The position numbers and the translations under genes are program-made. The notes below the pieces were generated by a model that was given only the letters and a program-made list of their open reading frames with translations, was not told the DNA's origin and did no database searches. From contig NC_092670.1 in assembly GCF_964355755.1 (NCBI RefSeq), positions 30,554,388 through 30,618,387 on the forward strand: 64,000 bases of DNA, written 5' to 3'. Within the stretch, counting starts at the first letter, position 1, and the number at the start of each line of letters is the position of its first letter. Positions 33,409 to 48,034 of the stretch are shown piece after piece. Source of the stretch: Antedon mediterranea. Its lineage: Eukaryota; Animalia; Echinodermata.

Positions 33409-34320
33409 CTAAATATTCACATACAAAAACATCGAGACAAAATACTTCTCAAACTTGGTATATATTTTCAATATCGTTTACTCCTTCCACAATGCTAAAG
33501 AAAAATTAGTTTCAGGCAACATCGGTGATTTTAATAACTTGCGTTTGTCTAAAGTAAATACTTATGAAAGAACATACAATTCCAAACATTTTTCAAAACT
33601 CTAATTAGTAATAATGATTTTGACACCAACACAATTAATGGTTTAGGAAATCGATTTTCTTTCCTGTAATTTGAGAAACCAAGAAATATATTTGAATTCG
33701 AGAAGTACTTTTTTAATTCAAAAGAAATTTTAATATATTTTCGTGTGTTAATAACCTGTGCTCCAGTTGATCATACACATAGTAATTTTCGTTCGTTTAA
33801 AATGTATATTTATGATAGAACATACAATTCGAACACATTTTTTTAATTTTAAATTGTTATCGTCATAAAATAATTGCCATACACATTTGAAATGTGGTAA
33901 TACGCATTCAATATGTTACGACATCATTAACATTTTTTAACATATGCTAAATCGCTAAAGTTTAAAAAATGTGGGAAAGCGATATATAATAATAGTTACG
34001 GTATAACAGCAATGTGCGAGTAATAAAATGTCACTCTACATGGTCGACCGCAAGTAAAATACCATACATATATGATGACGTAATAGTAGATGAAGTGCTG
34101 GATTGGAGATCTATATCCTTTCAATTCATGTTCTATTCCTCATAAGTGTAGAAGCTAGGCTAGTTTACCAAATAAAGGTTTCGTTGCACAATAAAAATGC
34201 ATTTACAAATAATAAAAATATCTTAGTTGACAAATAAAATACAATATACGTACCAGGTATTGCTCTGTGCGCGAGCACTTCGAACTCAAGTGGTATTTAG
34301 GAACACATCCAGAAGATAAA

Positions 34321-35337
34321 TCTATATATATAAAAGGCAAACACAAAAAGTTTGTCCGTTATGCACGTCGCGGTACAACATTTGATAGATCTGAATTCTG
34401 TACTCAACACCAATCTTGCAAAGTGCTTATTAAATAATTTGTTAAAAATACCACCTCTGAATCAAAAGGCTATCAAATAAGAAATTTCCAGAGGGCGTCA
34501 TGTCATTGAAGATTAAAAGCTGAAAAACCAAAGATTGTATAGCTAATTAAGCTTGTTTTCCTGTCGATCATTGAGTTGCGTTAAGATGCATTGAGTTGCG
34601 ATAACGATGATCGAGCCGGACCGCTAACATTGTTACGCTATTGTTAATAGTTTCTTGGTTCTCTCGAGCGTTGCTGGGACACGCGGACGTAAAGTATTAC
34701 AAAACCAAAGACGGCCATGCGCAGTCGGGCCCGCATGAAAATTAAAAATGATACGGGTGTTTGATGCTTCAACCCAGCCTTGAAAATTCTTTCGCTGATA
34801 TCTTAATCTAGGCTTATAGTTGTTATTAATCACTATATTACGTTTTATTCCACGTAGTGTTCCTCTCTGTTACGCCGTGATTGTGATCGACCGAGATCAG
34901 TGTTCCGCACTGTCACTCTAGGCCTAAGTATTCTTAAAGAGTTAACTATTGTGCTTACTTCAAATAATTTCTAGCATTATATTAGTGTACGATCATTATA
35001 ATTATTACGTTTCATTCTACTTTGTTCAGTGTTCCTCTCTCCTGTTACGCCGCCCTGATTGTGAACGACCGAGTCCAGTGTTATACATTTTATTCATTGT
35101 AAGTACTCTTATACAGTTAACTACTGTGCAGCTCAGTATATATCATGTCATTACTATTTATTAGGCTGGATACTGTAAGACAATCATCAATAAAACTTTC
35201 AATTTAAATTTCTTTACAGTAAAGACGTCTTTAAAAAAATCCATATAGGCCTATAGGCCTAAATTGATAACTTCTCTCGATTGTTTTCTCAGTTGAACTC
35301 TGTACTTATTGGTTATACCCACTGGTACTGCTGCTAG
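34321..35337 (+). mobile_element. Probable non-autonomous Helitron
   Basis: A|TCTATATATAT 5' end and ...GCTAG|T 3' end; the subterminal hairpin is degenerate. Confidence 0.45.
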
Positions 35338-35684
35338 TAAACTATAAAATCTGTGATAAGGACATGAATGATACATGTTTGATATATAGCCTACATTAAA
35401 AATCAATTAAAAATTACAAGTTTTGCGATTTCATCTGTCGGATAGATAAGTGCAGGATTGACAACTGTGGTAAAAAGTTATACTTTTCGGAGAAAGGTTG
35501 AATGAAGCGTTTTATGAATGAGGGTTAACAAACATGTGTATACAGTACTATAAGTTTTAATCAAATTAACCCTAAAATATGCGTAAAATTGAATTGAATA
35601 TTTTCAGATAATCTTAGTCAGAGTCGTCACAACTGCCAAAGTGTGCATTAAGTCAAGTAACTTCATTATCTAGCTAGGCAGATT

Positions 35685-36700
35685 TTAGAGGCCTACTCTT
35701 CTTCCGAGACAGGTTGCAACGTTAAACCAGTATCCTAAAGTTTTTGAGTTTTTATAACCGTTAGGAACTCCGTTGTGGATACGTGCAAAGTCCTCGCATG
35801 TGGGATCGTGACCAATACGGCTGCTTATTGCATACCAAGCCATGTACCCTTGAACACATCTCTCACTACAATCAAACGTCTCTGTACATTTTTTCCAATC
35901 TGAAAAAAAGCCTCGATACATTCAAATGGGAGAAAAAAAAGGTTATCGATCATAAAAAGATGTGACGGTGGGCTCTGTGTTTTTTTTTCTTTTTTCTTTT
36001 TCGTGGTACATGGCTTTCGTGGTACAAGGTTTTCGCACTATTGCTATTGTGTCTTATGTTGTTAATTAGGTCTCAAGAGTCCTTCACCCAAGATTTGGGT
36101 ACCCACAATTGGGGCTCACTTTTATGTCGGTTGTTCACATAATTTACGCACAAAATGGATTATCTGTATGCAAAACTTTACCGTAGTTTAGGCCTAATCA
36201 AATAGTAATAATAACATTATTAAAACAGTTTTTAAAATCTCCTTGATGAGAATAATTATAGGCCTATTTATATAATATTTTTACGCATAACGGATTACTT
36301 TTATATCCTATCCCAAACAAAATTTAGTAAATATTTACGTGGAGTATTGGAGAAAAAATTGTAACAATTATCATACGTCAAAACAATCAAAGTCTATACT
36401 TTGATACAAACAAGCCTGATCCAATGAGTAGGCCTACGTCCATACTTTGCATTTCATTTCGTATTGTATTTGATCCAAAAAAAAGAAAAGAAAACACCCC
36501 TCTATACTAAGTTATAAAAAAAACAGACTTACCTCCGTCTAGGTCCTTTCCCATCAGTTTAGCATCGTGATAATGTGGTTCCTTAATTTGGTAAGGGCCA
36601 CAAGAAAACGAAACGACATCCATACGGAAAACTGGATTGGGCATTTTACAGTTTGATTCCACTTGACAAATACACTGCATACAGTTATTGGGAACTGTTC
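35685..36700 (-). CDS. Invertebrate-type (i-type/destabilase) lysozyme, exons 36533-36700 and 35685-35899. Signal-peptide exon not found; possibly a pseudogene.
   Basis: Spliced translation GTVPNNCMQCICQVESNCKMPNPVFRMDVVSFSCGPYQIKEPHYHDAKLMGKDLDG|DWKKCTETFDCSERCVQGYMAWYA..PTCEDFARIHNGVPNGY..TLGYW; GT-AG sites in matching phase. Confidence 0.88.
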
Positions 36701-36723
36701 CTACATAAAAGGTATAACTCTAA

Positions 36724-36857
36724 AGCTCTCTCTACATTACCAAACTAGTTTGCCTAAAAAGTGTAATTTGCTCAAAAATGGTAGTGATATGTTTACATAT
36801 GGTAGTGGTATGACATCACATTTTTGTCACATAAAGTTTGGTAGTGTAGACAGGGCT
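36724..36857. mobile_element. PIF/Harbinger-type MITE in the lysozyme upstream intron (related fragment at ~24068-24182)
   Basis: TIRs AGCTCTCTCTACATTACCAAACT / AGTTTGGTAGTGTAGACAGGGCT; flanks TAA/TTA. Confidence 0.65.
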
Positions 36858-36960
36858 TTATGATACCTGTAATATTAAATAATAATTCAACAAACGCTTT
36901 TCTACAACTTTAGAAAAACAGAACTAGCGCGCATATGTTGTTGAAGCACGTGCTTGTTAA

Positions 36961-37137
36961 TCTATATATAAATTTACATAAGGGCAAAATTCGGTAAATC
37001 GTGCCTTACTTTTACAATTTTTACTCGATGGTATATAAAGTTGGTTCGTACTTTCGGTACTGATTTTAACCACCTGATGTAACCCTGTTTACTAATTAAA
37101 TTAAGTTAGATTAATTAGTTATTGACGATTAAAACGA
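36961..37137 (+). mobile_element. Helitron-like 5' end, same family as the pPolB insertion (3' extent unclear)
   Basis: A|TCTATATATAAATTTAC; reverse complement of 12270-12445. Confidence 0.7.
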
Positions 37138-37623
37138 ATTTAGGTTCAACGATTTGCCCCAAATAGGGGTGTTTTCCGATCGTGGTATACACTGTCTAAT
37201 GGATGTCCATCTTGAAAAATACCCGCCACAAAAATGCGAGGAGGCTTCGCATTTTCCTATCTCCTCCTACGATAATTGTTTTTAATAGATGAAAACCGGT
37301 TGAACAGCTCGAGTACAGTATCATAATGTTGAAGACAGGCCGATTTTCTTTAAAAAATACTATTTTGATAGATTTAATATACGTTTATGCAAATGTATTG
37401 ATTTGAAATGAATGGAACATTCCAATCTCTGTTCCACAAGTGTCTATTCCCTCAGGCGTCGTAAAGGCAAGTACTGTATACTCATAACAGAAATTTGATC
37501 CATTTTTTTTTCAATCTGTGCTGCAGAGGTTGGATATAGATTTTTTTAAACGGATAATGAGCTAGCGTTTTCAGTCGCCGTATATTATGTACAAATCTTT
37601 ATTATTGCAGTTAAACCACCCAA

Positions 37624-40426
37624 AGATAAATGGTTTCGTGTTAGTCTGGGCTCCAGACGGAGTTTTGTAAAAATATAAATATTTTTGCACATATGGCGTT
37701 TCATACGTGTATTACTTGAGTGTATTTTCAGACAAAAATCGCGGTCGAAATAAAAACAAATAAATAAAAAAAAGACAATAAATACAGACTTGGGGCAAGT
37801 CTAGGTTTCTTGTGTGTTCGCGGTGATCGTACTTTGGAATCGAATAAGTCTAAAGGCGGTGGAATATGTTGTTATATAAATGATAGATGGTGCTCAAATA
37901 TTACAGTTATTGACAAAGTCTGCACTGCAGATTACGAATTGCTGTCACTGACACTTAGGCCTTTTTATTTGCCAAGAGAATTTTGTTGCATTGAAGTTAT
38001 TGTTGTTTATGTGCCAGGATGCATTTCAATTGCTGCGGATACTATAGCTGAGCACACACATAGACTCCAAGCTCGCTCTCCTGAGAGCCCTGTCCTAATT
38101 CTAGGAGATCTGAATCAGTGTAAACTTAACTGTGTCTTACCTAATTTTAAACAGTATGTCTCATGTGCGACAGGAGGAGGAAATACACTTGATTGTTACT
38201 ATTGTAATATACCGCGGGCTTATAAATCGTTCAAGTTATCTGGAATCGGTGCGTCGGATCACCAAGTTATACAGCTATTGCCAAGTTATAAACAAAAATT
38301 GAAGTCAAGTAAGGTGGACACCAAATCGATTAAATTATGGTACCCCGAACATCTTGAAAAGCTTAAGGGCTGCCTAGAGGCTACAGAATGGAGTGTCCTG
38401 ATTAAAAACACTAGTGATATCCATGAACTAACTGAAACTGTGTCGTCATATATCTCTTTTTGTGAGGAATTAACAATCCCTCGTAAGCAGGTGAAATTGT
38501 ACCCAAATGACAAGCCCTGGTTAGATCATAATGTTAAGGTGGCCTTAAAAGCCAAATCACTTGCATTTAAGAATAATGACCATGCTGGCCTTAAGTTAGC
38601 TAAATCAAACTTGAAATATTGTATAAAAAAAGCTAAACAGAAATTCAAGGAAAAAATTGAGAACAATTTCGCAGAGAATAAATCCAAGGAGACTTGGAAT
38701 GATGTTAAATCACTAACTGGGTGTAAAAATAAAACTTCCTTTGAAATGCTCACAGGTTTCAATGATGAAAAATTGGCACGATCGTTAAATGAATTTTATT
38801 GTAGATTTGACACTAATAATTTTGAGGAAGTGACCCTCACTTTTTGTAATAATTTAGATACCGGAAGTAATCCTGTTAACATCTCAGTCGAAGATGTTAC
38901 ACAGCTCTTTCGTAAAATTAAAATTAGGAAAGCAGCTGGTCCCGATGGACTAGCAGGTATTTTAATTAGAGAATGTGCAACTCAAATATCCCCCATTTTT
39001 CAACATATTTTTCAGCTAACACTAAAATCAGGTGTTATTCCCTCCATTTGGAAACATTCATTAATTGTCCCCGTTCCTAAATTGTCTACTGTAAACAACT
39101 TGAATGATTACCGACCAATCGCCTTGACCTCTCTGATCATTAAGTGTTTAGAGAGATTCATTGTAAATTTAATTAAGCCTATTGTAGAACCAAAACTTGT
39201 TGCCATGCAGTTCGCATACAGGGCGCATCGTGGTGTGGAGGATGCTACAGCAACCCTTGTCCACTATATCAAAAAGCATCTTGAAACCTCTAACTCTTCT
39301 TTTTATCGACTTTTCCTCTGCTTTCAACACCTTGCAAAGTCACGTATTTCTTCCTAAACTTCTTAATTTTGGTATTAACCCATATCTTATTCTTTGGATC
39401 CGAAATTTTCTCCACCTTAGATCCCAACAGGTTATTGTAAATAAAACATCTTCTCCTATCATCTTTAATAGCACTGGTTCTCCACAGGGGTGTGTCCTTT
39501 CCCCCATGCTGTACATTCTCTACACTGACGATTGTCGTGCCCTGTATGATAACTGCATGGCAATCAAATACGCTGATGACACTGTTCTTGTTAGTCTTAT
39601 AAATAATAACCAATCTGTTAATAATTACTATAATGCTGTAAACCATTTCACTAATTGGTGTAAAGACCATTACCTTAAAATTAATTTAAACAAAACATGT
39701 GAATTGATATTTGATTTTAGGACAAAAAAGAGGTCAGTTCATGAGCCCCTTAATATAGGAAATGAGTTAATTAAAGTTGTCCCAGAGTATAAATATCTTG
39801 GAACTATAATAGACGAAAAAGCTGGACTGGTGTAATAGCATTAAAAAACTCTATAAAAAAGGACAACAACGGCTATATCTGTTAAGACAACTTAGGAAAT
39901 TTAATGTTAGTAAACAAATTCTTATACTGTTCTACCAGTCAACCATACTTAGTGTTATATCTTTTTGTAGAATTATCTGGGTGGCTTGTTTATATGAAAA
40001 AGATAAGGAACTATTAAATAAAATTACCAGAACGGCTGGGCTGGTCATTGGAGTTGATGTATCCGTTCTTAATTTCAACTACGATGCAGGTGTTCTCTCC
40101 TTGGTAAAACGTATACTCTCCCAAACAGACCACCCGCTCCATAAGGAATACATTTTTCTTCCATCAAATATTCGCATCCGTCTGCCTCGAAGCCGTACTA
40201 AACGCTACAATAAATCATTTGTCCCACAGTCTATTGTCACCTATAACAAACTTGTCCAGCGCTAACTCATGGAGAGAACACCTGGATCGTAGACTTTTTG
40301 ATATTTTTATTGTGATTTTCTATATTGACTGTTTTCTGCATGTACGTATATTGTTATTATCTCTGCAGTGTATATAAGAGGAATTTCTAATGTATTTTTA
40401 TATTGGACCAAATAAAGAATAATAAT
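37624..40426 (+). mobile_element. 5'-truncated Rex1/L2-type LINE (partial APE and RT) with frameshifts
   Basis: INGF.CVRGDR..KGGGICCYIN, RPFYLPREF, LGDLN, ASDH, KAAGPDG, NDYRPIALTS, QFAYR, LFIDFSSAFNT, GSPQGCVLSP, KYADDT, YKYLG, RYNKSFVP; ends AATAAA plus AAT repeats. Confidence 0.9.
37642..37803 (-). mobile_element. 162-bp deletion derivative of the 25205-26117 family, inserted in the LINE APE
   Basis: Same two termini in reverse orientation; 10-bp TSD GGTTTCGTGT / GGTTTCTTGT (one mismatch). Confidence 0.8.
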
Positions 40427-40787
40427 TCCACCATGTCTGATAACCTAACAGGTACTGTAGATGGTAAATAGAAATTCATTCATTATATGTAATATTAAAG
40501 TATTCACTATATTATTTTATTTGAGATGTAGAGGTTCGTTAATCCCATCAATTAATATTTGATAAATAGTCTACAGTAGCTACATTTAGCCTAATTTAAA
40601 ACCTATACGTTTACATTCATTTCTTTTAAACCACTGTTCTTAGTGACTCTTTCCAGAGCATTGGAATTGCAAGGAGCTCAATTCTCCACCTTTTTTGGGA
40701 GACATATGTCTGTACTCCACGAGGCAATGGGAATTCTTTCCCAATCTTCACTTACCAATTCCACCATACGGAGGATTTTTATGCATG

Positions 40788-43700
40788 TTAAATGCAGTGA
40801 GTATTTCTTTCATTCACGGTTATTGTAAGAGGGGTTGTTGTAGTTCCTGCGTTTTCTGTTGACCTTTCTTTAGGCTCCATGTCAGCTACAACACCACTCT
40901 TTGCACTACCCCCAAGGAATGTTAAAATAACTGGGAGGAAAAACATACTATGAAGTAAACCAAAAACGATAACTAAAAACAAAGTCTTGAAAAACGTACG
41001 GAATATGTAACCATTGGACATTGAAAGCACAGATATTCCAAACAAAGTGGACAGAGCTCCTTGGAGAATCGGCATGCCCAATGTAAATAGAGTTTTAATG
41101 ATTCGGGCATTTTTCGAAACACCATCTGAAACTGTGAACGTGTAAGCAATATGGGCTGAAAAATCAACACTAAACCCAATGCATAGAATGATATTAATCA
41201 TAGAGATTGAGTCCAAGTTGACACCCCAGTGGCTCATAAACCCAACTACCCCTGCCTCTATAGATAGGATACACAACACTACCCACACAGAACAAATCGG
41301 TTGAGGGATGAAGATCAAAGATACCAGCATCATTGAAGCTAGAGCAATACCAAGATTTTGAAGTGTGTTTGGTAAGACTGCTGTGTACTGATCGAAGAAA
41401 ATAAAGGCTGGGTGATATACTGTGATGTCGTACTTTGATTGGTCGGCCTTGTCACGCATATCAGACATCATATCTCGTTCCCTATTCGATGTATTGATGT
41501 CTTTAGTTATTACTAGGCATCTTGATGCGATGATAACCCCATTTTCTCCAAACGTGACGTCTAAAGAAAAATGTTCGAATGCAGGATTTGCAAGGAATTC
41601 GTACCTTAAAACGTGTAATAGTACATCAGTGTCGCTATCGTTAGATATGTCTCGAACATTAAGGTATCTGATGAAACTTCTCAGCCAGCAATCCGTCATG
41701 TCTTTTCCGTATGCATATTCTGAGTTCTCAAAAACTTCGAGTGTACTCAAAAGGTCATCGTTAACAACAGGTTTCAAACAATTCAGTTCTTCTGGAAATA
41801 AAACAAACACAACTGGTCCATACATTTTAAAATATTGTTCTTCTACGTCATAAAATGGTTTCACGTAAGAGTCATCCAATGCCAGATTTTGTAGTTGTAA
41901 GCCCTGCTGAAGATGTATTATTCCCCATATTGACATTCCAATGTATGCGATATAGATGATAATCACAGCAGCCTTAGTAACTGAATGAGTGATGAATGGA
42001 CCGAAGAAATCTCTGAAGAAAACCATGACGACATGAGGAGATTCTTCTCTTGTATTGCCACTTCTTTTCCGAGATGGACCTCCAGAGCAACATATTGCAT
42101 AACACTTGTTCGGAGAGTCATCCTCTGGTTTAACCCTTAAACACGTACCATAATGTCGATTTGCTCTTTCTCGTTTCCCGCTAATTGCCATACATGCTGC
42201 AAAGAATGTCACCTGGTATAAGTAATCAAATACAACGGCAAGACCTGTGTACGCGCAGAAAATGCGCACGGATGGAAATACCGCTAAAACGCCGACACCA
42301 AATGCAAGAGCGTCTGTGACACTAGTAATGGTTATGGATAGAGCGGCCTCAGACATGGCTTCCCCCATACGTTCTTCAACTTTCCCCCTAATATTCGTCT
42401 TTCTCCATGATGCTAGCATGATAAACATATCATCCACACCAATACCTATAAATATAAATACCAGTTTAAACGAATAGTATGGCTTATTGTATATGATATG
42501 TGCACTTTCAATGAGAATAGGTTTAATTTTACTGTATTTAGAATAACTTCCTGTAACACCTATGTTGACTACGGGAATTAAACAGGATGCTGAACTCACC
42601 TTGCCAAGATACAACCTTAATCTTAGAATTGCCTGTGTGCGACAAATTCATACTATAGTTGCGGATACGTACAACTTTCTCGGTTTATGTTTAGGGGTGT
42701 TGGACTGATCGTGTCACAACCAAACATAAACCTTTAACATAATAGAGCTTATAGTATTCTGTTGTTAGTATTTTTTATTAGGGAGCTTTCAATTTGCGTA
42801 TACCGACAACACTGTTAATTTATTGTGCGCATGTGGAGATATTGTAACATGTGTCCTCGCTCTCCACATCGACGCACGCATGTTTAGGTATAAATGACGA
42901 CCAACAACACATCGATTGACCTGACCTACATTGGTCGACGGTTGTCGGAAATCGAAAGCTTCTTTATTTCGGCCACTCAATGCAGAATTCTCTGAAATTA
43001 TGGCAAACCAACAAGGACAATAACTATTGTTTTTGGCCACTATAAATCTTGTAAATGTACTGTGTGATTTCTAGAAATCTATGGCATTGAAGATATTAAA
43101 TAAAAAATGCAATTTACTTACTTAGAATGAGAATTGGCGTGGTGGCAACAATATCAATGAACGGCACTCTGCAATACATGAGGAAACCAAACGCCGATAC
43201 TACTGCAAAGCCCGCAGACACAACACCCATCAATGCCAACCATGGTTTGTTCTGAACGTTATCAAGACGAATGCTGGACCAGATTGCAAAGTTTATAATA
43301 ATCGTAAAAGTAATTGTAAATGAAGTAAATACCGAATCGCTGGCGTGTTCCAGTTCAAGTTCGAGAGAACGCGATGTGTATCGGTAAACTACAACCAAGT
43401 TTTCATCATAATTCTCTATAATTTCCAGAAATGCATCTTCCCATTTGTCGGCAGTTATATCATCTCTCCGGAGGTAAAAGTTTAACTGGATTGCGGCGGC
43501 TGTGCTAATGACATCTGTGTTGACTTTAAGCTCAACACCACCTAATGAGCTACCAATAAACACATCTTCATATACGGGATAAGTAACATTTTTCTCTCCT
43601 TTCATAGAAGAACCTTTAGGAAAGGTGTAAACAAAGCCATCCGTTTGACATTCTCTTAACCACTGCAGACATATATCTTCAAACTTTACCACACCATTCG

Positions 43701-44092
43701 AGTCGGTTACTGAAATGTTTTGCACAATTTCAATTAACGTGTACACCTCTTGATATAATTTCTTCTTTGATTACATTACCTCCGTCTCTTGCCACTAATA
43801 TCATCCTTCCGTATCGGCCTAGCGTTGTAAGGCGGTTAAAAGTTAGGCCTACGTTTTCATCATAAATAAAAACATCTTCAACAGCATTACGCTCGTCTCT
43901 AGATCGTCCGTCTCTAGGTGTAAACAATTTTTCAACATCTGTCTGTTTTTCGAGGTATATCATACCACAACCAAGTGTGATAGTAATTAAAACGGGTACA
44001 ATTAAGAACGGGATGGGATGACGAGAAATAAATTTGCCATAGCGTTTATAGAATGAAACAAGTCGTTTTTCTATGTAATCAATGTGCACCAT
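40788..44092 (-). CDS. Patched domain-containing protein 3-like (SSD/RND family); exons 43122-44092 and 40788-42445; frameshift near 43750
   Basis: N-terminal YGKFISRHPIPFLIVP..LGCG TM, KWEDAFL, SLELEL, KPWLALMGV, IGVDDMFIM, ALSITITSVTD, VRIFC, HPAFIFFDQY, WGVNLDSISMI..IGFSVDFSAH; donor A|GTAAGT and acceptor TAG|GT in phase. Confidence 0.88.
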
Positions 44093-45346
44093 CTTGATGT
44101 ATTGCAACATAAATAATACGACTAGCTCTTTACTAGCAATCGTTTTGCGACGCAATGAGTCATAGCAATAAACACTCCACGATGACGTAAACACACAGAC
44201 TAAAATAAAATGGGAAAATCCCGAACAGTTGGCGAGATTCCAAAGCCTGATGTGCATTATTCTACAATAAAAAATGTGTAGGCCTATTTGCTGAGACTAT
44301 TAGACAAAAATATAATATTTATTTGTTATATTATGTTGGTGATAATAGATAATGTGTCACTAACCCTGTCTCATGCTTCTTCTTTCACTTGCACTGGCGT
44401 ACCATGATACTTCCATTATGTCTTTTACATTTTTTGTAGATTTAATTTTTCATTAATCGGGTTTTTTATGTTTAGTTTATGTTAGTTTTAAGGTTGGGAT
44501 AATAAACTGTGTTTACTTTTTGCTTACCCTTTTGCCATACTTAATATCTTTTTGCAATACAAGTTGATTACATCCTGTAATAATCCACATTTACTTGTTG
44601 AAAATACTGATATTTTAATTTTTGCACTTTGATTAAAGTACTATTATGACGGATATTTTTTGGATTTTGTATTTTATGAATTACCAATTAATCAATGACC
44701 TATCAGATAGGTGGTAATCTCCCATAACAGAGTTATTTTTTGTGAACCAGTTCACCCCTACTCGTGTACAATAGTGAACTGGGTTCTTTAGAGTGCACAC
44801 GAATAAAACGTTTAAACATATGTAGATGAGGGTGCGTAGAAAGCGACGACCTCGAATTGGACGACCCCAACGACCCGGGCAACCTCGAATTGGACGACCT
44901 AGAATTGGACGACCCATAACACGAACCCGACGACCCCTATAATAGCCTAGGCCTAGCCTAGCCTAGGCCTAAGTATATGGTATAACATCCCGAAGCCGAA
45001 CATAACCAAAGATCTTTCAACCATACCTTATATAATACTCGCAAGCAAGTAATTGATTGAAAAAATACAGAAATATCGCCATTTGATACTGAATGTGTCG
45101 ACACGAACAAACGAACAGATATGGAACGCCAAGAGTGCATCATTAAAACTGCATTCGACTCGATTAGCACACGAAATATCATAAACATGGCAAACCAGGC
45201 CCCTTTTTCAGCGGCAGGTAAGGTTTGACCATGGAGGTACTCCATGGTTTGACCAGCTCCATGGTTTGACCATTTTTATACCTCCATGGTTTGACCGTAT
45301 ACAATGCATGTGTGAAATGTAAAGCTTTCTTATGGCCCCGCTTATG

Positions 45347-48016
45347 CAGTCGAGACGCAGAGTTGCGTGACCTCGAAATTATCACAATCTCGAAATTTGA
45401 ATCGCCGCCATTGCTACCGGCGATCGAGAGAAAAAAGTTCTGAATTTCCGTGTAAAATTATGAGATTTTATTAACGATTTACAGGGTATTTTGTATTTAT
45501 AAATAATATTTAAGGGATTTTACCTGTATAGAATTCAAAAATTCGATCATATTTAGCCTAGCCAAGTGAAAGTTTGTGGCGACCTTAGCGTAGGCTAGCG
45601 GCGACTGGCGTAGTGATGAGTAACTTTAGTCGAAAAAAATTTAATAACTCACTGAAAATCGTATGAACAGTCACGGATTTTAGGTATATGACGTAAATAT
45701 ATATTCCAAACATTTCTACCAAAGGAAATCGTTAAACTCTCTTGAAGAAAAAAACGGCTGGATTCGTTTGAGTGAAGCGAATGAATTCTGAAATAGCAGC
45801 CATTTTCCGACGAGAGAAATGACGTAATGGCAATAGCCTTACAGCACCAGACGGCTTAAAATGACGTCATGGCATTAGTCGTAGGGGAACCAGACTGCTT
45901 TTAATAAAAACTGTCAAGGTCCGACTGCATTACAGTATTTATGTGATTTAATTTTAAATTCCATTTATTATTGTTATTAATTAATAAATATTAATTTACA
46001 ATGCACAATCCATCACTGCAATCATCACACCACAAATTCTTCAAAAACTACATAATAAAAATAAAACACAAAGAAGAATTTTTTAAATTTATACTTTATT
46101 TTATTTCAACTCATAACTGTTGTATGATAAAAATTATCATTAACAAACTATCCTAAAATATACAAAAATGATTCTGGTAGAGTTATAAAACATTAAAAGT
46201 GTAATTTTAACTGAATGAATCTCTTTGGTATATTTTGGAGAACTGAGAAACATGTAACCTAATACAATTATGCAGCACGAATTTAAACATAAATACGATA
46301 ACATTTAAAAAGACTAGATAGAAGTTAAATGCTGATAAAATAAATAAATATATATACTGTAATTATTATGCACTATACAATATTTACACTACCATGATGA
46401 AAGCTATACGGCAATATAACTGGAACAAATACTGGTTTATAAACTTATTTAAATTAGTTTGGATTAAGTAATTTCCAATAAAATGGAAATTGAATATAAA
46501 AACAAAACAGAAACCAGCCACCTGCTGAAATTTCTTAAATTTTTGTTTTTAAATAGCACCTATATTATTATTATTGAAATTAATCCTAGACAATGCAGAA
46601 TGTAACGAGATGTTTTTATTTTTTTATGGCAAAGTATTGGCATAAATACTTTCAAAATTATACTGCATGTAAAAATACTATTTTTATACTATTCTAAGAC
46701 AAACAAATCTAATTATTATAATATTATTAAATAAAATCAAATATATCATATAGTTCTATAACTTATTTACATAGCACACATATTAAACTTGATATAAATT
46801 GGCGTAGTAAATGCACATGAAAGTTGGTTCACAACAGTAAGCAGACATTCTGGCTTGATACGGTATGCTGACTAATTGAGGTGATCAAACGCTGGCATCC
46901 AAACACCTGCAAAATAAAATGAAAATATTACAGTATCATTGTATACTTCCTTTATAGGTTTATTTTAGTACATCTGGTGAGCTTGGTACCATCGATTTCT
47001 GGCCGAGTGTTGAACACTCCAGCTGGCCTAGCATCAGCATAATAGCCTGGGCAGGAGCCGGCTGACTGGCTCTTCTCTGACTAGCTGCTAGGTCTAGATA
47101 GTATGCTCTACAGCTGGGACTAGGCCTAGGTGCATATAATAAAAAAAATTACAAATTTAGTTCCAATAGCATAGGGTAATTACTAATAGTTCAATCCGTA
47201 CGAAATAACTATATAGGAAACTTCTAACCAGATCGGCCTAGCTAGCCCTAGTGGACAGTTGATCCGCCCTACTACTAGTTACAGTAGGCCGGCCCTATTT
47301 CTATATACAGACCGAAATCTCAATGTATTTTATTCAGTTTATAATTACAAATTTCCCCAAAATATAACTTCAAATAACATTATAATTGCGTGATAATCAA
47401 TAAATAGTCGATCAAAACCTAATATGTCAAACCAAAGCCCCGTGATTGGTAAAGATTGATCTGTTAAAGCACAGGCGCTATCTACGATATAGCTAAGGAA
47501 TACATACAAAGATGGCGGCGGCCCGAAAAAAGTGACTGCTCAACTTGCACTAAATTTTAATAGTTCTCATGAATGAACAGGGCCAAATCTTTCTCAGAAT
47601 ATGTATTATATGTGTATTGAACACATACTAGAATGTTATTAATTTTGGCTTGTGAAGAAAAAATCGGCTGGTTTGTTTCAAACCAAAACAAACCAGAATC
47701 AAAACTTACCTCACGTGAGCCCTCGACAGCTACGATTTCGAAAAATGGACGCCGATTTAAATGTCCGTCCTTTTATACGAAAAAAAGTCGGCGGGAAGAT
47801 TCTTTCTATATTTGGTAAGCCTTTACCATATTTGGCAAGTGAATTAGGTTCCTGATTGGTGAAATTTTACTGGATTTCTGAAGGCTCTTCCATGCAAAAA
47901 TTCATCGCGGTTCGTCGCTAAGTGTAAACAATTTCTACTTCCTAGTATAAAAATGGCGCATGCGCAGGGGAAAATTAGCGATTTAACGGTCATTTGAGCA
48001 CTCTGCGTCTCGACTG
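45347..48016. mobile_element. Nested 2.67-kb unclassified TIR element
   Basis: 17-bp TIR CAGTCGAGACGCAGAGT / ACTCTGCGTCTCGACTG; 4-bp TSD TATG. Confidence 0.7.
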
Positions 48017-48034
48017 TATGGCCCTCCCCATGCA

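Noticed and set aside
42446-42614. N-terminal 56 aa of the 608-aa ORF
   Set aside because: Intronic read-through upstream of the splice acceptor at 42446-42447
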